From a phage: a DNA stretch of 64,000 nt. The stretch is taken from sequence record PZ386951.1, one strand, 5' to 3'. How positions within the stretch are numbered: the first letter of the stretch is position 1; each line of letters opens with the position of its first letter. Below, piece by piece: positions 48,561 through 64,000 of this stretch. The notes beneath the pieces were generated by a model. That model was not told the origin of the DNA. It saw only the letters and a program-made list of their open reading frames with translations, and ran no database searches. Both the position numbers and the translations under genes were made by a program.

Positions 48561-51500
48561 CAGTAAAAGCACCTTCAGTCACTAGTCTCAGAATTTCCAA
48601 GTTATCCGCAAATCAGGTGCAAGTACGCTGGGATGACGTTGGTGCTAATTTCTACTATTTTGTAGAAATCGCTGAGACAAAAACAGACTCGGGGGAAAAT
48701 CTCCCGAGTGATCAATATCGTTGGATTAATTTAGGATATACAGCAAATAATAGTTTCTTTTTTGATGATGCTGATCCATTGACATCATATGTTATTAGAG
48801 TAGCTACGGCGGCTCAAGATTTTGAGCAGTCTGACTGGATTTATACCGAAGAGTTTGAAACTTTTGCTACGAATGCTTACACATTTCAAAATATGATTGA
48901 AATGCAATTAGCTAATAAATTCATTCAGGAAAAGTTCACTCTTAATAATTCTGATTATGTTAATTTTAATAATGATACTATAATGGCTGCATTGATGAAT
49001 GAATCGTTTCAATTCAGCCCATCATATGTTGATGTTTCATCAATCAGTAATTTTATTATTGGTGAAAATGAGTATCATGAAATACAAGGTTCTATTCAGC
49101 AAGTATGTAAGGATATTAACCGAGTTTATTTGATGGAATCAGAAGGGATTCTATATCTTTTTGAGCGCTATCAACCCGTAGTTAAAGTATCCAATGATAA
49201 AGGACAAACTTGGAAAGCTGTAAAGCTCTTCAATGACCGCGTAGGATATCCTTTATCTAAGACTGTATATTACCAATCTGCGAACACTACATACGTTCTA
49301 GGATACGACAAGATTTTCTATGGCCGTAAATCTACTGATGTTAGATGGTCAGCCGATGATGTCAGATTCAGTTCACAGGATATAACATTCGCTAAACTTG
49401 GCGACCAATTACATCTAGGATTTGATGTAGAAATTTTTGCCACTTACGCAACTTTACCAGCGAATGTATACCGTATAGCTGAGGCTATTACTTGCACGGA
49501 TGATTATATCTATGTTGTTGCCAGAGATAAAGTTAGATACATAAAAACGAGTAATGCACCTATAGATTCTGATCCATTATCTCCAACATATTCGGAAAGA
49601 CTTTTTGAACCTGATACCATGACTATAACCGGAAATCCTAAAGCAGTATGCTATAAAATGGATTCTATCGGTGGCAAAGTTTTTGCTCTTATTATTGGTG
49701 AAGTTGAAACATTAAATGCTAATCCTAGAACATCAAAAATAATTGATTCTGCTGATAAAGGAATATATGTTTTAAATCATGACACAAAAACATGGAAAAG
49801 AGTTTTTGGCAACACTGAAGAAGAAAGAAGACGTATTCAACCGGGGTACGCTAATATGTCAACTGATGGTAAATTAGTTTCTCTGTCTTCGAGTAATTTT
49901 AAATTTTTAAGTGATAATGTTGTTAATGACCCTGAAACTGCAGCAAAATATCAGTTAATTGGTGCTGTTAAATATGAATTTCCTCGCGAATGGTTAGCTG
50001 ATAAACATTATCATATGATGGCGTTTATAGCGGATGAAAAATCTGACTGGGAGACTTTTACTCCTCAACCGATGAAATACTACGCAGAACCGTTCTTTAA
50101 CTGGTCTAAAAAATCTAACACACGTTGTTGGATAAACAACTCCGATAGGGTTGTAGTAGTTTATGCTGATTTAAAATATACTAAAGTTATTGAAAATTTT
50201 CCGGAAACATCACCAGATAGATTAGTTCATGAATACTGGGATGACGGCGATTGCACTATAGTAATGCCAAATGTTAAATTCACTGGATTTAAAAAATACG
50301 CATCTGGGATGCTTTTCTATAAAGCCTCCGGTGAAATAATTTCTTACTATGATTTTAACTATCGTGTTAGAGATACAGTAGAAATTATTTGGAAGCCAAC
50401 TGAAGTATTTTTAAAAGCATTTTTACAAAACCAAGAACATGAAACCCCTTGGTCACCCGAAGAAGAGCGTGGATTAGCTGACCCTGATTTAAGACCACTG
50501 ATTGGCACAATGATGCCTGATTCTTATTTGCTACAGGATTCGAATTTTGAGGCATTTTGCGAAGCATATATTCAGTATCTTTCTGATGGATATGGAACTC
50601 AGTATAACAATTTACGAAATTTAATTCGTAACAAATATCCACGAGAAGAGCATGCGTGGGAATATTTGTGGTCAGAGATATATAAAAGAAACATTTATTT
50701 AAACGCTGACAAACGTGATGCTGTTGCAAGATTTTTCGAATCACGTAGCTATGATTTTTATTCTACTAAAGGAATTGAAGCATCATACAAATTTCTTTTT
50801 AAAGTTCTTTATAATGAAGAGGTTGAAATTGAAATTGAATCTGGGGCTGGTACTGAATATGATATAATCGTTCAATCTGATTCTTTGACTGAAGACTTAG
50901 TAGGACAAACGATTTATACAGCTACAGGAAGATGTAATGTTACTTATATAGAAAGAAGCTATTCTAACGGTAAATTGCAATGGACCGTAACTATTCATAA
51001 TCTTTTGGGACGATTAATTGCTGGTCAAGAAGTTAAAGCAGAAAGACTTCCTAGTTTTGAAGGCGAAATTATTCGTGGGGTTAAAGGAAAGGATTTGCTT
51101 CAAAATAATATAGACTATATTAATAGAAGTCGATCATATTATGTAATGAAAATTAAATCCAATTTACCTTCTTCTCGTTGGAAATCTGACGTTATTCGTT
51201 TTGTTCATCCAGTAGGATTTGGATTTATAGCAATTACCCTTTTAACGATGTTTATTAATGTTGGTTTAACTCTTAAACATACAGAGACTATAATTAATAA
51301 ATACAAAAACTATAAATGGGATTCTGGATTACCTACTGAATATGCTGATAGAGTAGCTAAATTGACTCCGACTGGTGAAATCGAGCATGATTCAGTAACA
51401 GGCGAAGCAATTTATGAACCCGGTCCAAAGGCTGGTGTAAAATATCCTCTTCCTGATGACTATAATGCTGAAAATAACAATTCAATATTTCAAGGTCAAT

Positions 51501-51655
51501 TGCCGTCTGAACGACGTAAATTACTGAGTCCTCTATTTGACGCATCTGGAACAACATTTGCACAATTTAGGGATTTAGTTAATAAACGTCTAAAAGACAA
51601 TATAGGAAATCCAAGAGACCCTGAAAATCCAACACAGGTTAAAATAGATGAATGA
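48557..51655 (+). CDS. 7: baseplate wedge protein gp7
   Basis: 1032 aa; synteny and length. Confidence 0.85.
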   Translation: MTVKAPSVTSLRISKLSANQVQVRWDDVGANFYYFVEIAETKTDSGENLPSDQYRWINLGYTANNSFFFDDADPLTSYVIRVATAAQDFEQSDWIYTEEFETFATNAYTFQNMIEMQLANKFIQEKFTLNNSDYVNFNNDTIMAALMNESFQFSPSYVDVSSISNFIIGENEYHEIQGSIQQVCKDINRVYLMESEGILYLFERYQPVVKVSNDKGQTWKAVKLFNDRVGYPLSKTVYYQSANTTYVLGYDKIFYGRKSTDVRWSADDVRFSSQDITFAKLGDQLHLGFDVEIFATYATLPANVYRIAEAITCTDDYIYVVARDKVRYIKTSNAPIDSDPLSPTYSERLFEPDTMTITGNPKAVCYKMDSIGGKVFALIIGEVETLNANPRTSKIIDSADKGIYVLNHDTKTWKRVFGNTEEERRRIQPGYANMSTDGKLVSLSSSNFKFLSDNVVNDPETAAKYQLIGAVKYEFPREWLADKHYHMMAFIADEKSDWETFTPQPMKYYAEPFFNWSKKSNTRCWINNSDRVVVVYADLKYTKVIENFPETSPDRLVHEYWDDGDCTIVMPNVKFTGFKKYASGMLFYKASGEIISYYDFNYRVRDTVEIIWKPTEVFLKAFLQNQEHETPWSPEEERGLADPDLRPLIGTMMPDSYLLQDSNFEAFCEAYIQYLSDGYGTQYNNLRNLIRNKYPREEHAWEYLWSEIYKRNIYLNADKRDAVARFFESRSYDFYSTKGIEASYKFLFKVLYNEEVEIEIESGAGTEYDIIVQSDSLTEDLVGQTIYTATGRCNVTYIERSYSNGKLQWTVTIHNLLGRLIAGQEVKAERLPSFEGEIIRGVKGKDLLQNNIDYINRSRSYYVMKIKSNLPSSRWKSDVIRFVHPVGFGFIAITLLTMFINVGLTLKHTETIINKYKNYKWDSGLPTEYADRVAKLTPTGEIEHDSVTGEAIYEPGPKAGVKYPLPDDYNAENNNSIFQGQLPSERRKLLSPLFDASGTTFAQFRDLVNKRLKDNIGNPRDPENPTQVKIDE

Positions 51656-52652
51656 TTCAAGTGTTATCTATCGTGCGATAGTTACTTCAAAATTTAGAAC
51701 AGAAAAAATGTTGAATTTTTATAATTCAATTGGAAGTGGTCCGGATAAAAACACTATCTTTATCACATTTGGAAGATCAGAACCGTGGTCATCAAATGAA
51801 AATGAGGTGGGCTTTGCCCCACCTTATCCTACCGATTCTGTATTAGGTGTAACTGACATGTGGACTCATATGATGGGAACAGTAAAGGTTCTTCCATCAA
51901 TGCTTGATGCTGTTATTCCTCGCAGAGATTGGGGAGATACTAGATATCCGGATCCATACACATTTAGAATTAATGATATTGTAGTGTGTAACTCAGCTCC
52001 TTACAACGCTACTGAATCAGGCGCAGGCTGGTTAGTATATCGTTGTTTAGATGTTCCTGATACCGGAATGTGTTCAATCGCATCTTTAACTGATAAGGAT
52101 GAATGCCTTAAGTTAGGTGGAAAATGGACTCCTTCTGCTAGGTCAATGACTCCTCCTGAAGGTCGAGGAGATGCTGAAGGAACAATTGAGCCCGGAGACG
52201 GGTATGTGTGGGAATATCTATTTGAGATTCCGCCTGATGTATCTATAAATAGATGCACGAATGAATATATCGTGGTTCCTTGGCCTGAGGAATTAAAAGA
52301 AGACCCGACTAGATGGGGATATGAAGATAATCTCACTTGGCAACAAGATGATTTTGGATTAATTTACCGTGTTAAGGCAAATACTATCCGTTTTAAAGCA
52401 TATTTAGATTCAGTTTATTTTCCTGAAGCTGCATTGCCAGGAAATAAAGGATTTAGACAAATATCAATAATCACGAATCCTCTTGAAGCTAAAGCTCATC
52501 CAAATGACCCAAATGTTAAAGCTGAAAAGGATTATTATGATCCGGAAGATTTAATGAGGCATTCGGGCGAAATGATTTATATGGAAAATAGGCCACCTAT
52601 TATTATGGCAATGGATCAGACAGAAGAAATCAATATTCTGTTTACATTTTAA
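51648..52652 (+). CDS. 8: baseplate wedge protein gp8
   Basis: 334 aa; synteny and length. Confidence 0.85.
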   Translation: MNDSSVIYRAIVTSKFRTEKMLNFYNSIGSGPDKNTIFITFGRSEPWSSNENEVGFAPPYPTDSVLGVTDMWTHMMGTVKVLPSMLDAVIPRRDWGDTRYPDPYTFRINDIVVCNSAPYNATESGAGWLVYRCLDVPDTGMCSIASLTDKDECLKLGGKWTPSARSMTPPEGRGDAEGTIEPGDGYVWEYLFEIPPDVSINRCTNEYIVVPWPEELKEDPTRWGYEDNLTWQQDDFGLIYRVKANTIRFKAYLDSVYFPEAALPGNKGFRQISIITNPLEAKAHPNDPNVKAEKDYYDPEDLMRHSGEMIYMENRPPIIMAMDQTEEINILFTF

Positions 52653-52655
52653 ATT

Positions 52656-52680
52656 AAGGGAGCCCATGGGCTCCCTTTTT
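52656..52680 (+). terminator. intrinsic terminator after gene 8
   Basis: gggagccc-atg-gggctccc followed by TTTTT. Confidence 0.6.
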
Positions 52681-52683
52681 CTT

Positions 52684-52691
52684 TATAAATA
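52684..52691 (+). promoter_or_regulatory. late promoter TATAAATA for gene 9
   Basis: Exact TATAAATA 25 nt upstream of the gene 9 ATG. Confidence 0.6.
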
Positions 52692-52715
52692 CTATAAACT
52701 CATAAGGAAACCGCT

Positions 52716-53582
52716 ATGTTCATTCAAGAACCAAAGAAATTGATTGATACCGGCGAAATTGGTAACGCTTCTACTGGTGATATCTTATTCGACGGTGGTA
52801 ATAAAATTAATAGTGATTTTAACGCAATTTATAATGCGTTTGGCGATCAACGTAAAATGGCAGTAGCAAATGGCACCGGAGCAGATGGTCAAATTATCCA
52901 TGCTACTGGATATTATCAAAAACACTCTATTGCAGAGTATGCAACTCCAGTGAAAGTTGGCACTAGACATGATATTGATACATCTACTGTAGGTGTTAAA
53001 GTTATCATTGAAAGAGGCGAACTTGGTGACTGCGTTGAATTTATTAACTCTAATGGTTCAATATCAGTTACTAATCCTCTAACAATTCAAGCTATTGATT
53101 CAATTAAAGGTGTTTCAGGTAATTTAGTAGTAACTAGCCCATATAGTAAAGTTACTTTACGCTGTATTTCATCTGATAATTCTACATCGGTTTGGAATTA
53201 TTCTATTGAAAGCATGTTTGGACAAAAGGAATCACCAGCTGAAGGTACATGGAATATTTCTACATCTGGATCAGTTGATATTTCACTATTTCATCGTACT
53301 GAATACAATATGGCTAAATTGCTAGTTACGTGCCAATCGGTAGATGGAAGAAAAATTAAAACAGCAGAAATAAATATTCTTGTGGATACTGTTAATTCAG
53401 AGGTAATTTCTTCTGAATATGCTGTCATGCGAGTTGGGAATGAAACCGAAGAAGACGAAATCGCTAATATTGCATTTAGTATTAAAGAAAATTACGTAAC
53501 GGCGACTATAAGTTCTTCAACTGTCGGTATGAGAGCAGCAGTTAAAGTTATCGCTACGCAGAAAATCGGGGTGGCTCAATAA
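52716..53582 (+). CDS. 9: baseplate protein gp9 (long tail fibre socket)
   Basis: 288 aa; synteny and length. Confidence 0.85.
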   Translation: MFIQEPKKLIDTGEIGNASTGDILFDGGNKINSDFNAIYNAFGDQRKMAVANGTGADGQIIHATGYYQKHSIAEYATPVKVGTRHDIDTSTVGVKVIIERGELGDCVEFINSNGSISVTNPLTIQAIDSIKGVSGNLVVTSPYSKVTLRCISSDNSTSVWNYSIESMFGQKESPAEGTWNISTSGSVDISLFHRTEYNMAKLLVTCQSVDGRKIKTAEINILVDTVNSEVISSEYAVMRVGNETEEDEIANIAFSIKENYVTATISSSTVGMRAAVKVIATQKIGVAQ

Positions 53583-55390
53583 TGAAACAAAATATTAATA
53601 TCGGTAATGTTGTAGATGATGGTACCGGTGACTACCTGCGTAAAGGTGGTATAAAAATAAATGAAAACTTTGATGAGCTTTATTACGAGCTCGGTGATGG
53701 AGACGTTCCATATTCAGCCGGTGCCTGGAAAACTTATGATGCTTCATCTGGGCAAACATTAAAAGCTGAATGGGGAAAATCATACGCTATTAATACATCT
53801 TCTGGAAGAGTGACTATAAATCTTCCAAAGGGCACAGTTAATGATTACAACAAGGTAATTAGAGCCAGAGACGTATTTGCTACATGGAACGTTAATCCAG
53901 TTACACTGGTAGCTGCTTCTGGTGATACGATTAAAGGGTCTGCAGTACCAGTTGAAATTAATGTTCAATTCAGCGATTTAGAATTAGTGTATTGTGCCCC
54001 AGGACGTTGGGAATATGTCAAAAATAAACAAATTGACAAAATTACTAGTTCAGACATTAGTAATGTAGCTCGTAAAGAATTTTTAGTCGAAGTCCAAGGA
54101 CAAACAGACTTTTTAGATGTTTTCCGTGGAACCAGTTATAATGTAAATAACATCAGAGTAAAACATCGTGGTAACGAATTGTATTACGGTGATGTGTTTA
54201 GCGAAAACAGTGATTTTGGCTCTCCGGGCGAAAATGAAGGAGAACTAGTTCCTCTTGATGGATTTAATATTCGATTAAGACAGCCTTGTAATATTGGTGA
54301 CACTGTTCAAATTGAAACATTTATGGATGGTGTATCGCAGTGGAGAAGTTCATATACAAGACGTCAAATTAGATTGTTAGATTCAAAATTAACGTCAAAA
54401 ACTTCTTTAGAAGGAAGTATTTACGTTACTGATTTATCAACAATGAAATCAATTCCGTTTTCTGCTTTTGGATTAATTCCAGGAGAACCTATTAATCCTA
54501 ACTCTCTTGAGGTTCGTTTTAACGGGATTTTACAGGAATTGGCTGGCACAGTTGGAATGCCATTATTTCATTGTGTTGGTGCAGATTCAGACGATGAAGT
54601 AGAATGCTCTGTTTTAGGTGGAACTTGGGAACAATCACATACTGATTATTCAGTTGAAACTAATGAAAACGGCATACCAGAAACTTTACATTTTGATAGA
54701 GTATTTGAGCATGGTGACATTATCAATATCACCTGGTTTAATAATGATTTGGGTACATTATTAACGAAAGATGAGATTATTGATGAAACTGATAATCTCT
54801 ATGTATCGCAAGGACCGGGAGTAGATATTTCTGGTGATGTAAATTTAACAGACTTTGATAAAATTGGTTGGCCAAATGTAGAAGCAGTTCAATCTTATCA
54901 ACGCGAATTTACTGCTGTTTCAAATATCTTTGATACGATTTATCCTATTGGAACTATATATGAAAACGCTGTTAATCCAAATAACCCTGTTACATATATG
55001 GGATTCGGCTCATGGAAATTATTTGGGCAAGGAAAAGTTTTAGTTGGGTGGAATGAAGATATTTCGGATCCGAATTTTGCTCTAAATAACAACGATTTAG
55101 ATTCTGGTGGAAATCCTTCGCATACTGCAGGCGGAACAGGTGGTTCTACTTCTGTTACATTGGAAAATGCTAATCTTCCTGCAACCGAGACAGATGAAGA
55201 AGTTCTAATAGTTGATGAAAATGGATCAGTCATTGTTGGTGGATGTCAATACGATCCAGATGAATCCGGTCCAATTTATACTAAATACCGTGAAGCTAAA
55301 GCATCTACTAACTCTACTCACACTCCGCCAACATCAATAACTAACATTCAACCATATATTACAGTTTATCGTTGGATAAGGATTGCATAA
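53582..55390 (+). CDS. 10: baseplate wedge protein gp10
   Basis: 602 aa; synteny and length. Confidence 0.85.
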   Translation: MKQNINIGNVVDDGTGDYLRKGGIKINENFDELYYELGDGDVPYSAGAWKTYDASSGQTLKAEWGKSYAINTSSGRVTINLPKGTVNDYNKVIRARDVFATWNVNPVTLVAASGDTIKGSAVPVEINVQFSDLELVYCAPGRWEYVKNKQIDKITSSDISNVARKEFLVEVQGQTDFLDVFRGTSYNVNNIRVKHRGNELYYGDVFSENSDFGSPGENEGELVPLDGFNIRLRQPCNIGDTVQIETFMDGVSQWRSSYTRRQIRLLDSKLTSKTSLEGSIYVTDLSTMKSIPFSAFGLIPGEPINPNSLEVRFNGILQELAGTVGMPLFHCVGADSDDEVECSVLGGTWEQSHTDYSVETNENGIPETLHFDRVFEHGDIINITWFNNDLGTLLTKDEIIDETDNLYVSQGPGVDISGDVNLTDFDKIGWPNVEAVQSYQREFTAVSNIFDTIYPIGTIYENAVNPNNPVTYMGFGSWKLFGQGKVLVGWNEDISDPNFALNNNDLDSGGNPSHTAGGTGGSTSVTLENANLPATETDEEVLIVDENGSVIVGGCQYDPDESGPIYTKYREAKASTNSTHTPPTSITNIQPYITVYRWIRIA

Positions 55391-56045
55391 TGAGTTTACT
55401 TAATAATAAAGCGGGAGTTATTTCCCGCTTAGCCGATTTTCTTGGTTTTAGACCTAAAGCTGGTAATATAGATGTAATGAATCATCAATCAGTTGGGTCA
55501 GTGACAATTTCTCAATTAGCGAAAGGATTTTATGAACCAAACGTAGAATCAGCTATTAATGACGTTCATAATTTTTCTATAAAAGACGTTGGTACAATTA
55601 TTACTAATAAAACTGGTGTTTCTCCTGAGGGTGTTTCTCAAACTGATTATTGGGCATTTTCTGGAACTGTAACAGACGATTCTCTTCCTCCGGGTTCTCC
55701 TGTTACGGTATTAGTATTTGGTCTTCCAGTTTCAGCAACAACTGGAATGACGGCAATTGAGTTTGTTGCAAAAGTTCGTGTTGCCCTTCAAGAAGCTATT
55801 GCGTCATTTACTGCTATCAACTCATATAAAGACCATCCAACAGATGGTAGTAAATTAGAAGTTACTTATTTAGATAATCAAAAACATGTATTAAGCACAT
55901 ATTCTACATATGGAATAACTATTTCGCAGGAAATTATTTCTGAGTCTAAACCCGGCTATGGTACATGGAATTTATTAGGCGCACAAACTGTAACTTTGGA
56001 TAATCAGCAGACTCCTACAGTATTTTATCATTTTGAGAGAACAGC

Positions 56046-56049
<4 letters not shown>
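55390..56049 (+). CDS. 11: baseplate wedge protein gp11 (short tail fibre attachment)
   Basis: 219 aa from [10 protein letters not shown]; the track ORF starts 6 codons upstream. Confidence 0.8.
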
Positions 56050-59089
<3,040 letters not shown>

Positions 59090-59092
59090 CAT

Positions 59093-59108
59093 GGGGCCGC
59101 AAGGCCCC
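59093..59108 (+). terminator. stem-loop ggggcc-gcaa-ggcccc after wac
   Basis: 6-bp GC stem with GNRA loop; weak U tail. Confidence 0.4.
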
Positions 59109-59120
59109 AAAGGATTTTAA

Positions 59121-60822
<1,702 letters not shown>

Positions 60823-60863
60823 TAAATATTATAAACTAATTAAAGCCCAGATTAGGAGAAATC

Positions 60864-64000
<3,137 letters not shown>

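Overview
This window is a T4-like (Tequatrovirus) myovirus genome segment, colinear with my recollection of phage T4 from rpbA/gene 46 to gene 17. Positions 1-43400 carry early and middle genes on the minus strand: recombination nuclease 46/47, a-gt, late sigma factor 55, the anaerobic RNR module nrdH-nrdG-nrdD (nrdD uninterrupted), endonuclease VII, pin, nrdC, a long accessory block, rI, tk, regB, a GrcA-like glycyl-radical protein, denV, internal proteins, lysozyme e, nudE, a 9-tRNA cluster, a 57B/Acb1-like gene, 57A, and genes 1, 3, 2, 4. Positions 43400-64000 carry late baseplate, tail-fibre and packaging genes on the plus strand (53, 5, 5.4, 6-12, wac, 13-17). Lysozyme e and gp17 are near-identical to T4 as I remember them, so this is a close T4 relative rather than a distant one. 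All assignments rest on reading the translations, motifs and gene order; no database search was run, and every comparison to T4 is from memory. I did not find a single clear-cut novel system. The points most worth follow-up are: (1) an expanded set of five genes carrying the capsid-targeting signal of injected internal proteins, two of them outside the canonical ipI/ipII/ipIII set; (2) a tRNA set that differs from my memory of T4 (Tyr and Asn present, Thr absent) with an HNH-like ORF inside the cluster; (3) four tandem paralogous coiled-coil proteins next to an AAA ATPase plus nucleotidyltransferase pair; (4) a macro-domain-like ORF; and (5) repeated early-promoter/stem-loop cassettes flanking the variable ORFs. 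No homing endonuclease was recognised at the positions where I recall mobD, segB and segC in T4, but a truncated GIY-YIG ORF sits at the window start.
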